A DNA stretch of 62,840 nucleotides, filler included, from Vannella sp. (lineage: Eukaryota), in NCBI GenBank assembly GCA_023345925.1. It is 5 parts of 5 records of this genome, joined end to end, with 100 filler letters (N's around TTAATTAATTAA, not from the genome) between each part and the next. Parts side by side here need not be neighbours in the genome. Positions count along the whole stretch, not along the records: positions 1 to 8,487 come from JAJQQN010000604.1; positions 8,588 to 31,167 come from JAJQQN010000111.1; 3 more parts are not named here. One strand, given 5' to 3'. Of the stretch, positions 1 through 11,073 are shown piece after piece. Under the pieces are notes generated by a model. It was given only the letters and a program-made list of their open reading frames with translations, was not told the DNA's origin and ran no database searches. Position numbers and translations under genes: made by a program. Each line of letters opens with the position of its first letter. Within the stretch, counting starts at the first letter, position 1.

Positions 1-932
1 CGGACCTTGCGAGGTCTTCTGGCAGCACATTGACAGCCATTGTTGTTATTCCCTTGTTACGTGCGATTGCCTCGATGCAAAGTGTGACAAGAGAGGGGAC
101 AGCCTGGCGGATGCCTTCATCCTGAAGTTGCCCGTGAACATAAAGGCGCTCTTCCATGCGTCCATGAGCAAAGTGGTACTCGCATAGGCCATGTTTCTTG
201 TCGTTCTTCCAACAGCCAATGAGTTTGTCTCCATTAGTAAAGTATCGAATGCCAGGTCCGTGACGTCGAGCTCCCTCCCACTGTCCAACATGAATCTGGT
301 AGAGCGGTTAGAGCTTTGAGTGATACCACTGTAGCAGAGTGACTTACGTCTCCATTTACGAAGGTCTGTTGACCTCCCCCTTGGCGCTTGCCGGAGACCC
401 AGTTGCCTTTGTACATGGCGCCATTCTCCCACATCATCACGCCAAAGCCGTGGCGTTTGCCTTGGGACCACTCTCCACGGTAGAGAGTGCGCTGCCGTGT
501 ATCTTCAGGTGAAAAGTAGAGCACTCCAAAGCCGTGGTGCTGGCTCTCTTGCCAAGATCCTTCGTACCTCCGGTCGATACCCAACCATGTGAGGACTCCT
601 GTCCCGTGGAACTGGTTATTCTTGAACTCTCCTTCATACTGGATGTTTGTGGTGGGAAGATGGAAGGATCCAAAGCCGCTGAGTACGTCGTTCTCCCAAG
701 ATCCGACATAGACCGCGCCATTCGCCCATTCTAGGGTTCCTTTGCCCCATCGTTGTCCGTCTCTCCATTGGCCAGTGTAAGTCTTCCTTTGTAGAACATC
801 GTTGTCATCGTAGTGGTGTACGACCGGGATAGTCCCCTCTTCCCCAGCTTCCAGAACCTTTGTCCTTGAAGAAGAGATGGTCTCCTCTTCAAAGGACACT
901 TCAGGGTGATCCAGTGACTTGCTATTACCCAT
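1..932 (-). CDS. MORN-repeat protein with N-myristoylation-like start and C-terminal BC-box/SOCS-like motif; 3' end truncated by window edge
   Basis: MGNSKS start; many Y.G.W....HG.G MORN repeats. Removing intron 347-296 (GTAAGT...CTAAC...CAG) continues the repeats and then gives VPSLVTLCIEAIARN...LPEDL. Confidence 0.85.
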
Positions 933-1224
933 GCACTATCCAGAGGGTGATCGCGAAATGACTTACGACGACATCTTTCCCGGTAAACCCAAGAACCCGG
1001 TCTTCGCGTGAATGATCGTTTCGCGGTTTCGGAGTCAATCAATTCCCAACTTCCACGGACGTCCATCAGGAGCAATGCAGTCAGATTAATAAAATAAGAG
1101 CTGATTTTACGACTAAATGATCATTAAACCCAAAATGGAAGGGGAAATGTAACTTCCTAGAAACCAATAAACACTTTGGCCCAGCCAATTGAAACGCTTT
1201 CTGTGCAATCAGTAGGCATTTATT

Positions 1225-4200
1225 ATGGAGCGCCTGAGCGCGGAGTCTGTCTTTCAAGTTCTTGTCAAGGTTGAGTCGGTCGATGTTGCTGCTCGCCGGC
1301 CAGCAGAAGCTACTTTGCAGCAGTGGGAGGAACAGTCTGTTCGTGGCTTCCTCGCCTCGTTGGTGGAGATCATCGCCAAAGGCTCTCAAGTGAACGAGCA
1401 GATCCGCCTTCTTGCCTGCATTGTCGCGAAGAACTGTGTTGGGTCGAGCTGGCGGAAGACTCTCTCTACCAGAGAGTGGTTGAACGTAGACGAAGAGGAG
1501 AAGGTTTACCTTCGACAAGTTCTTCCTGAGTTGCTCCTCAGCGAGCCCAGCGATCAGGTCGCCCTCCAGATCTCTCTGTTCCTTTCGAACATCGTTCGCT
1601 TTGACTTCCCCCGAGCCTGGCCAGACATCCTAGCGACTCTGGTCCGGGTAGTGGTCAACAACCCGGACTTGGCGGGAAAGTACCGCGCTGTTCTCGCTCT
1701 CAAGTTCGCCCTTCGCGCGCTCCAAACAAAGGTGACTCTCACAAGTGGATTCAGCATCGAGGCTGTCCAGTCAGCTGTTCAAGAAGCGCGTGAAACTCCT
1801 GAAAAGGTTGCTTTTGAGTTCCCGGCCCTTGCCGAGCAGTGTAAAATTCAGTTAACTGAGTTTGCACAAGCAAGAGGGCAGTGGCAGATGCATGCCAAAC
1901 TAGCAATCGAGCTTTTAGCAGTTCTTGAGAACTGTATTATCTTGGTCCCGCAACTGTCTCACTTGCAACCAGCCGCTGATGGCTTCTTTGCCACAGTTCT
2001 CGAGTGCTCTCAGGCTCAATTGAAACTGATAACGGGGACTATAGATCCCCAGCATATGGCCTACTTCAACCTCATCGCCAAATGCTTCTTCCGTAACATC
2101 AATTGCGTTCTCTCTGCCTTTGAGAAGCACACGATGGCCTTTTGCCCCTATTTGCTAGCTTTTCTGCGCCACTATTCGGAAGCAATGGCTGTGTTTCCAA
2201 GGCAATCACCCTTGTTCTTCCCTCAAAAGATGCGGAAGCTCACCCGATTACTGACACTCGTGATGGTTTGTCCTTTCTATCGCCATCAGTTCTGGGATTC
2301 TATGGCCCAGATGCGCCAGGATGGTAGTACTCAGTTTGCTGCCGCAAAGATTGTCTATGAAGGACTGAATGAGTTCATGAATGATGAGAGACTGGGAGCA
2401 GTCATCGAGTCTCTCATTCAGAACCATCTCAGTCTTACTGAAGAGGAGATTGACGCGTGGGAAAACGATCCTGAGGCTTATATTAAGGACATGGATGCTC
2501 CTGATACTCTCCATGCCTATGCTGAAGAGCTATTGGTCGGAATGTTCCTCCGATCCAATGAGCAAGTCAGTCGCATCCTCGTTGGTGCTGTCCAAAGGTT
2601 GCAAGGGAATCCAGAAGTGGACTCTGATGCCATTGTTCTACTCTTGGATGGATGCTACAGGGCAATAGGTGTCAGCCGTAGCGGAAGTGACACTGTGGTT
2701 GACATTAATCAATGGTACGACTCAGAGCTCCGCTCCAGGATTGAGAGCCCACTTCAGTGCACACTCCTCCGTGACAGGATTCTTCTTACTCGTGGATTAT
2801 GGTTGGTTCGCCGCTTTGCTTCAAAGCTTGACCCAGCTATTGGACAGAGAGTGATTGCAGGTGTGCTAGGTTGCATCAGCTCGCCTGATCTGGTTGTGAG
2901 CATGCAAGCGATGATGACTCTTCATGCCTTCCTTCTTCTCCGCCAATCCAGCTCAGGAGAGCAGGAAGGTAATCTGCCTATTGGAGAGATCGTGAGACAG
3001 TGTTTTGGTGTTTTGCCAAAGCTTTCGGAGACAGAGAATCGAGTCCATGTGCTTGACTTGGTGTCTCAGCTCATCCGCATCGTTGGCTACAAGGTTATTG
3101 AGCCTCACATGGAAGAAATCATTGGATATCTACCTGCGCTTTGGTCAAGTGCTCCCACAGGCTCGCAGGAAATAGGGGGAGAAGTTCGCTTGCAGAAATC
3201 ATTGGTGACTCTCACTTCCAATATCATCCAAGCCATCGGTCCATCCGCTCTTGAGAATCCCAAAGTCGGAGAGATGTCGTTAGCTCTGCTACAGTTTACT
3301 ACCAATACGCGAGGTCAAGAGGGGCACTTCATGTTGGAAGAGGGACTTCAGCTTTGGGAATCAATCCTGAGAGCTACGACTGGCTTTCCACAAGTGTTGG
3401 TGGACCTCTACCCTCGTCTTTTTGAAATTTTATCTCCTGAAGTTGAGCCTGAGAAGGCTCTCCCTATCTTCGAGGCTTACATTCTACTTGGTAAGTCCCT
3501 GGTCCCTCAGTACATCTCAAACATTGTGGGGGCAATCGACGCGATTGTGGGGCGATGTGAGTATCAAATCTCGGCTGCCTCCGCCAACATCATCGAAACG
3601 CTCCTTCTTTTGTTCCCTTCTGAGACTCCTGGGTGGTTCCTCGAACCAACACTTCGCAGAATGACTCGAGATGTTGTTGGTATGTGGCTCCACCTCTGTC
3701 CAAGATTTGGTGCTGACTGAGAGCAGAGGGAGAGGCTATCGACCGCATTGATGTGGACAAGAGGAAGCTAGTTTTTGTTGAGGCAATGGCTTTCTGCCAA
3801 GTCATTGCGCGGATTGTTGCAAAAGATCCGATAGCCTTTACGGCTCTCTGTGCGAATGATACGATTGCACAAGAGAAGCTCTTGGATCGTTGGCTTCAAT
3901 GTATTTCCAGCCACTCTATTGAGGAGATGTTTAGTACCGCTGCTTCTTTGGCCGGTCTGCTCCAACGCAAGACCCTTTCAATTGCCATCCTCATCCTGAT
4001 TGACACAGGAAATGCTGTTCTATGCGAAAATGCGACTCAAGTCCTTCCACTTGTCCGCTCTGTGGTCCATCAGAGTGTCAGAATGAGGGAAAGGGTGGAG
4101 CGCTTCCGGGAGATGCAGAAAAAATCTCAATTGGACCGCCAACTTGAAAGGATTGAGAGCGAAGTACTTTTGAATGACCCAGTCGACTCTTTCGATATTC

Positions 4201-4277
4201 TCCCTCTTTTTGAAAGAGTTATTGGACGCTTCCCGATTGACACAACTCCAATCGGTTCCGCCATCCGTATGTTTTAA
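1225..4277 (+). CDS. IPO11: Importin-11-like karyopherin-beta (IBN_N + HEAT repeats)
   Basis: AARRPAEATLQQWE, IRLLACIVAKN, IVRFDFPRAWPD, EEIDAWENDPE motifs. Intron 3680-3726 joins ORFs 1225 and 3753 in frame. Confidence 0.85.
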
Positions 4278-4563
4278 CTTTCCCTCCTTTGCTTTGTTTA
4301 ACATTCTCTTAGCTCGACTGCCCCTTTTGGAATTGTAGAAGGTCAGCTACTGCTTTGCATTCCCAGTACCAAAGTTGAGCCTTTCCAACCCAGAGCCTCC
4401 TATTGGTCCCAAGAGAGAGGAAATGAGCTCTATGATGACCAAAAGATCTACTCCTAAAGAATAGCTCGGCAAAACTCTGAGATGAATGAGAAAGGGTGCC
4501 TTCACGGTCCCGGAAAGGGAAAGGGCTGGGGATGTTCTTTAATTGCCTTGTAAATTGAGCTCA

Positions 4564-6421
4564 TTAGCGCCATGCCTTGATGGTACCATCAGCAGAGCCA
4601 CTGAATAGGATTCCACCCCAAAGAATCAGCGCTTCCACACTGCTGCTGTGATGGCCTATCGTTTGAATGCACCGGAGAGTGTCCAAGCTCCATACACGAA
4701 TGGAAGTGTCATAGGAAGCACTGAAAAGACGATTCTCACAGACGCACAGATTGTACACTGCGCCGAAATGACCGTGCAGAGTGGCAACGCAACGGAAAGT
4801 GTCTCTCTCCCAAACATAGATAAGATTTTCGAATGTCCCGGCCAGAATCCGGTTCCCGGCAAACGCAAGTGAATAGATGCTTCCACACTGCGCGGTGATT
4901 GTTCCTGTACATTGAAAAGTGTCCAAATTCCACACTTTGATGATGTTATGGGAGCCACTGTAAAGTGTCCTCTCATTGAGGGCGATGGCCCGCACCCAAT
5001 GGTTGTGGCCTCTCAAAGTGGTCTCTTCCTCGTAAGTATGAGGATTATACACTTTGATCTCGTTAAAAGACCCGCTAAAGATGTATCCCCCGCCCACAAA
5101 CAAAGAGCAAACTGTGTTCTCGTGCTGGGATAGAGTTCGAAGGCATCGACCAGTCTCCATGTCCCACACCTTAATGAGCTTATCTGATGATCCACTAAGC
5201 ACATGGCGGTTGTTCACAGCGACAGCGTGAACTATTCCGTCATGTCCACTTAGTGTGCTCTTGCATGTGGACGTGGCAAGCTCCCAAATCTTCACACTTC
5301 CGTCGGATGAGCCCGAAATAAGAAGACTCTCAGTAGCAGCGAGCGCCCAGACAGGGCCAGAATGGCCAGTGAAGGTTCCGTGGTTTGTTATCTTCAATCC
5401 AGGAACTCCACCGCGAACCGCAGCCTTTAGAGGCCCTAGGTTAGTGGCAGCTCTTGCTTCTGCGTTCACTCCAGAGGCACGCCTCGTTGCCTTGCCTGGG
5501 GAAGTTTGCAAGGCGGCAATGTCACTTCTGTTTTGATCGACTTGCAGCTTCATCTCCTCCACCGAGGTTCTCAGATAGTCTAAACTTGATTCTGTACGTC
5601 CATTCTGAGTCTCCATAGCGGATAATACCTGCGCCAGCTGCTTCTGGATGTTTGTGAGCATCTCTTGTACTTTGGTCGATTCCTCTTCCTTCTGCGCCAT
5701 GAAGCGCTTGATCTCGAGCCACTGTTGGTCTGACTTCTCAATGAAGCCCTTGATGTTCTCATACTGGCAGCCCTTCAAGTGCTCTGTAAGATCTCCGTCT
5801 TGCCCTGAGAAAGGACAGCCTGGGGAGACACTTCTGAGCTGGTTATCCGATACATGAGAGTGTGACTTACCTGCGGAAGAGTGAGGACAAGGACAGCACT
5901 TGCAAGAGCGACTATGAGTCACAAAGTCCCTCCGAAGAAGTGTTTCTTTGCAGTAAGCGCACTCTAGCGTCGCAAACTGACATTCTTCTTCATGTGCAGA
6001 TACCTGAGAGAGTCTTAGCTTCGATTGACATGCCTACGATCACAGTGAGCCAGAGAAACAGGCTTTTCGACGCGTTCTCTACCTGCGGATCAACGGCGAA
6101 GCCGTTTGCGTTGCGGGTGAGCGCGTAGCGACAGTAAACGAACAAGTCGTTGATTTGTCCTTCTAACGCGAGGTTGGGGATCAGACAGCCGCTCTCATTG
6201 AGCGAGCAGTGGTCAATAGGACACTCCGCCTCCTCGCTCTCATCCAAACACCGAAGGATACACGGCTGGCAGAACGTATGACCACACGACGCAATCACAG
6301 GCTTCCCCAGTAGCCCCTTGTGGATAGGACACTTCAAGCTGGCGGAGAGCTCCTCCACAAAGTAGCGCGGTTGCTCCTTCCACGTGGCCTCGTAGACCAT
6401 CCCACCCCACAATAAGCTCAT
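4564..6421 (-). CDS. TRAF7-like E3 ligase: RING + TRAF-type Zn finger + coiled coil + WD40 propeller; 5' exons unresolved
   Basis: RING CPIH...CGHTFCQPCI...CPID; CPH...GCPF...EHLKGC; WD40 repeats including GHSGPVWAL and GHNHWVRAI; GT-AG introns such as GTAAGT at about 5870. Confidence 0.8.
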
Positions 6422-7205
6422 TCTATAGCTAATGAACGGTCTAATCCAGTGTATGATTGACCTTCTCACGCTTGTACTCTTTGGCATCCAAAGACGCTCT
6501 TTTGTCGGGAATGTCTCCTCGTTCGTAGACTCCCACGACGACTTTGGCGAAGCCAGATGTGTTAAAGAAGACTTTGGAGGGTCGGAGCTCGTAGAGACCC
6601 TTCGTCTCGTAGTCTAGAAGGCGCTGGGCCTCGCGCGTGGTGGTAATGAGTGAAATACTTCGGCGAGCTTCATGATGGAGGTTTCGCCAGACTGGAAAGG
6701 GTGTTAGGAGGGTTGGAGAGTGGTTTGGTGAGTTGTGGTACCGGGAATTACGCATCCTTGGAGGTTGGTGTGGAAGATCGTGGTGCCGGTGTCTCGTTTG
6801 TCAGAGGAGCAGGTCACAAAGGCAGCAGTGATATCACAAATGTTAGCACGGAAGGACTTGACCTCTGATGCGAACAAGCGCAGCCCACACTACCTGTCCT
6901 GAGCACCAAACGGACACATCATACCAAAGAACTCACCTGGACTGTCCACTCTGCCGGCCGCTTGATCACCTGGTGGTTTGAGGTCACAGTGATCTCTCTC
7001 ATTGTCCTCTTCAGCCTTTGAGTGACCCTCCAGATGATCCTCATCCCCAGAACGGAGTTTGGTGAAATGGCAATCTCTTCCAATCACTTCCCCGCAATAC
7101 TGAGGAAGTGGACAACGCTGGGAGTGGATTGATTGGCCCTGGTGCGTCCAAGTTCTCCATGGAGAAAAGCCACGAGCGGCGACCCCTTTGAAGCACCCAA
7201 AACTC

Positions 7206-7260
7206 AAAAAATGAAATCAGCCCAAAAGCTTAACCTGAAGAGATGGAGGTCATCAGGACA
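7206..7260 (+). repeat. Copy 1 of ~55-bp dispersed intergenic element
   Basis: AAAAAATGAAATCAGCCCAAAAGCTTAACCTGAAGAGATGGAGGTCATCAGGACA, near-identical to copies at 29323, 31268 and 54622. Confidence 0.9.
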
Positions 7261-8487
7261 ACTTCGTTTGGAAATGCTAGAAAGGGGCATTCCTTCAACG
7301 AGGTGCTTCCCTGGTTTCATCTACTCTTGTTCCTCGAGATTCATCGTGCCCACGGAAACCTGAGAAGTTCGATTTTTCAACTTCAGTCTGATCGATTCGA
7401 AAACCTGAGAAGTTGCCTTTTTCGAAACCGCGCCCGGGGCTCTGACGTGTTGTCTGAAGCATATCGAGCACAAAAAGCAGGCGAATGTGCTAGGATATTC
7501 TCTTAACTTGCTCTGGTGAGTGAGGGGTGAAATACAGATGCCGAATGATCAACAAGAATCATCATTCCATCTTCTCAGAGCCCTTTTATCACCAGAGAGT
7601 ACCTAGGCCAGCCATTACAAGGCATCGAATGATATCAATACATAATATTAGAGCATAATTTATGATCAGAGTTCTCTCTGAACCTCCCCAGCCAGAGTTA
7701 GCAGTACGATTATTTAGTCCGGCACAGGCTTTTGAAGGATGAAGCGATCTCTTACTTCGAAAGATGATACAAAATGCTTTATCATTGTTTTTAAGAGGAT
7801 TCGCCTCTTCAGATTCCTGCAACCATCAAAATGACTGAGATAATTGATCTTTTTGTTCTCAAAGACATCTCCCTCCCTCTGTGTGATATGTTCTCTTTTA
7901 GCCATAAGAGAGCAAACTTTTCGTCAGAAATACGTTTCTTAGGGTCCTTGCTATCATCTTAGCAGAATTATTTCTCTTGATGAACGAGCTTCCGGCAAAA
8001 AACATGGGGCCCAAGCAGAAACCAATTCCTTCCCATACAGCTGTTGAAACAGATTCATCTCTCCGCCAAATGCTTTTTTTCTATTCAAAATGATAAATCA
8101 TATTGTATTGTCGAACGCAAAGCCTACGCTGACGTATGTGTAGCCCGTAAGACTGATTTTCCCTTCTAATGTCCGTGTCACACTCCAGTGTGGACTGGTT
8201 TGACAGTCTCTCCTCCTTTTCCGAGTGTGAGACGACACTTGTAACTGATTTCAATTTGCAAGGGTTCTGAGAAATCAATCTACTTTGAGAAATCCTGGGA
8301 ATGGCTCCTGGATCCTTGGGCAAAAAACCCCCTCGTGCGCCTGCCTCCCATTCAAGTTGCTTGACCTTGCTTTGAGGGGTTGGTTGTCAATACCACATCC
8401 CTCCAAAGAGCCAAGCGATCCTTGGGAAGGAGTTGTGTACCACGATCACGTCCCTTCCACTGGGTGTCCAGTGACGTTTCCATCCAA

Positions 8488-8587
8488 NNNNNNNNNNNNN
8501 NNNNNNNNNNNNNNNNNNNNNNNNNNNNNNNTTAATTAATTAANNNNNNNNNNNNNNNNNNNNNNNNNNNNNNNNNNNNNNNNNNNN
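8488..8587. other. Artificial contig linker
   Basis: N44-TTAATTAATTAA-N44, with stops in all six frames. Confidence 0.98.
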
Positions 8588-9081
8588 CTTGAGCGTGTCA
8601 CGGCTGACGCCATTCGCCGCACTGGAGCATCTGGCAAGGGAGCCTTGCTGTTCCTTTCTTTCGAAGAGCTTGGAGTTGGCAATGGAACTGCCGACAAAAA
8701 AGCCTTCTTGAAGTGCCGCTCTGTCCATCAAAACAAGTAACTCCTTTCCTTTCCCCATCTGACTTATGACTATCCAATAATACACTTGCAACCTGACTTC
8801 TCCCCCATCCTCATCAGGAAGAGAATAGATGGACTCACAAGGTTAAGGCATTGAACCGTGAGTTCATTGAGGTTGTTTCAAAACGAGTAGTCAGAAGAGA
8901 ACCAGTCCGGGAAGAGATGGCGTGGGACGAAGAGGAGGTGCAAAGCGACAAGGGAAGGGGTGCATTCTCTTCTCTTCTGACTTGAGGGGATGTTTCCCTT
9001 CTGAAGGCAACCCTTTCATTGTTTGAGTCACTCGTTGGGATGCAAGCTCGCTTCAAGAGGTAACGAGACCATTCCCCAGGC

Positions 9082-9893
9082 ATGCTGAGCGAGTGGCACG
9101 TTTGGGGCCGAAAGGTGGTCTGTGTCGCGCGGAACTTTGTTTTGCACGCTCAGGAGCTGAACAACCCGATACCTACCAAGCCTTTCTTCTTCTTAAAGCC
9201 TCCAACTGCTTATGTGACCGCTGGGAACCCGATCCTCATGCCTTTTCCAGGAGTTGACCTTCACTATGAAGGTGAGCCCTCTGAAGCGGTCTGAAGGCCT
9301 CTGTTTACGCTGGTGCCACAGTGGAACTTGGTGTTGTCATTGGAAAGCCAGGAAAGAACATCCACCGAGCCAACGCCCTGGATCACGTCGCTGGGTACGC
9401 TCTTGCGCTCGATATGACCGCTCGCTGCCTTCAGCAAGAAGCCAAGAGCAAGGTAAGTCACTTGCGCTGATGTTGAGAGAGTTATGGCACCAGAACGTGA
9501 ACAGCTGACTTAGAACAGGGACAACCTTGGGCAGAAGCCAAAGGGTTCGACACCTCGTGCCCAATCTCCGCTTTCATCCCCAAAGAGAAGATCGAAGACG
9601 TACAGAACGTATCCTTGCGACTGTTCGTGAACGGCCACCTCAAGCAGGACGGAAACACGAAGAACATGATCTTCGGTGTTGCTGAACTCATTGCAGAAGC
9701 CTCTTCCAAGTGGACGCTGGAAGCTGGAGACTTCCTTCTTACTGGTACACCTGAGGTTAGCTCTTCAAGGCCCTCCATGATCTCTAACCACCACCAGGGC
9801 GTCGGATCCGCACGTGAAGGCGACGTTCTTCGAGGAGAGATCCCCAACCTCGTCTCTTTCGAGTTTGTCGTTGCCCCAGGACCTACTCTTTAA
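9082..9893 (+). CDS. FAHD1: Fumarylacetoacetate hydrolase domain protein (acylpyruvase/oxaloacetate decarboxylase)
   Basis: RKVVCVARNF, FFLKP, LHYE|VELGVVIG, ALDMTAR, AKGFDTSCP, LLTGTPE|GVG; three short introns. Confidence 0.92.
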
Positions 9894-9938
9894 CACTAAA
9901 GCGTCCCATAGGGCCATTTCATTCCGTTGCGGTCGGGG

Positions 9939-10652
9939 ATGGCGGAGAACATCTGCGAGGTCCTCGCTGACCCTCGTTTGCATCAAGCTTTCGGAGACTT
10001 CTGTAGCAAGACCTACTCTGCAGAGAACTTGCTGTTCTGGGAAGCTATCCAAGAGTACAGGAAGATCACGGAGGCGGTTGTCCGCCCTTTGCGGGCAAAG
10101 GCGCTCTGTGACAAGTTTGTGTGTCCATCAGCAACGTTTCAAGTCAATCTAGACGACATTACCGTTCAGAAGATCCTCACTGCACTGGAAGGCGAAGAGG
10201 TAGCGCCCTCCCTTTTCGATGAGGCAGAGGAGAGCATCCTTTGTCTCATGCAGCAGGACACTTTGCAACGCTTTCATCGCAGTTTCTCAGAGTCTGAGGA
10301 TGGTACGACACCTAAAGGTGACATCCAGGTGGTGGGAACGTGGAATCACTCCAGTTTGCCCTCCGACAATGTGCTGGCGAAGAAGCTGGAGAAGGAGTTG
10401 GAGCGCTTGGACTTCCAAATGCACCACGTTGGTCTGGATACTCTTGTAGTGGAGGAAGAGAACCGTCGTCTTGATGCGTGGTGCCGCCTCCTAGAAAGGG
10501 ACACAGAGAACTCCAAACTGCAAGTGGCCGCCCTGAAGAAGAAGGTTCGACAACTGTCTGCAGAGACTGAGTTCCTCCAAGCAAGAGAGGTGAAGCTGTC
10601 CGAGACTCTCACAACTTCCCAAGAGGCTCTCAAACACCTGCTTACAGCATGA
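9939..10652 (+). CDS. RGS-domain protein with C-terminal coiled coil
   Basis: F.DFC...YSAENLLFW...QVNLD...LFDEA...LMQQDTLQRF. Confidence 0.9.
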   Translation: MAENICEVLADPRLHQAFGDFCSKTYSAENLLFWEAIQEYRKITEAVVRPLRAKALCDKFVCPSATFQVNLDDITVQKILTALEGEEVAPSLFDEAEESILCLMQQDTLQRFHRSFSESEDGTTPKGDIQVVGTWNHSSLPSDNVLAKKLEKELERLDFQMHHVGLDTLVVEEENRRLDAWCRLLERDTENSKLQVAALKKKVRQLSAETEFLQAREVKLSETLTTSQEALKHLLTA

Positions 10653-11073
10653 ATGAATCTCGGAGGGATGTCGTTTCGTTCGTTTCTGTTGGAGTGGGGA
10701 TGTCGCCAGTATTATTAGTAGAGACCCGCAGTGGGTCAACCCACGGGTCTCAGTGGAGACAGGCTTTGTTCTAGCACCAAAGCGAAGGGGGAAGGAGGGA
10801 AAAAACCTCCCGCTCCCATTAGAAGGTGCTTCATGATTATGACCTGATCGTGCGTGGCTGTGGATCGAACCAAGATTCTCAAAACATCCGATTATGGTTC
10901 AGATGGCTGGCAACTGGAAAGCGATCTATCTTTGATGCATGTAAGAGGATGAGGGATGAATTCATCAATCCTTTGAAGGGAATGGATCAGTTTTGATCTC
11001 AGTTGCATCAGGCTCACTCGAATAGGTGTCTAGTCTAGTACAATACAACCAGGCTATTTATACATAAACACTC

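Noticed and set aside
4432..4480. Box C/D snoRNA (ATGATGA...CTGA)
   Set aside because: Very short, with no terminal stem, no clear C'/D' boxes and no rRNA guide that I recognise.
7231..7260. Hammerhead ribozyme in the dispersed element (CTGAAGA-GATG..CATC; CTGATGA on the other strand)
   Set aside because: The invariant GAAA after stem II is absent (AGGA or ATAA instead), and I see no stem III or cleavage triplet.
8488..8587. TTAATTAATTAA flanked by Ns (four times) as a biological repeat
   Set aside because: Identical 100-bp scaffolding linkers; gene adjacency across them is meaningless.
8588..9083. Minus-strand gene fragment at the start of contig 2
   Set aside because: Splice-like signals are present but I could not establish a consistent frame or any homology.
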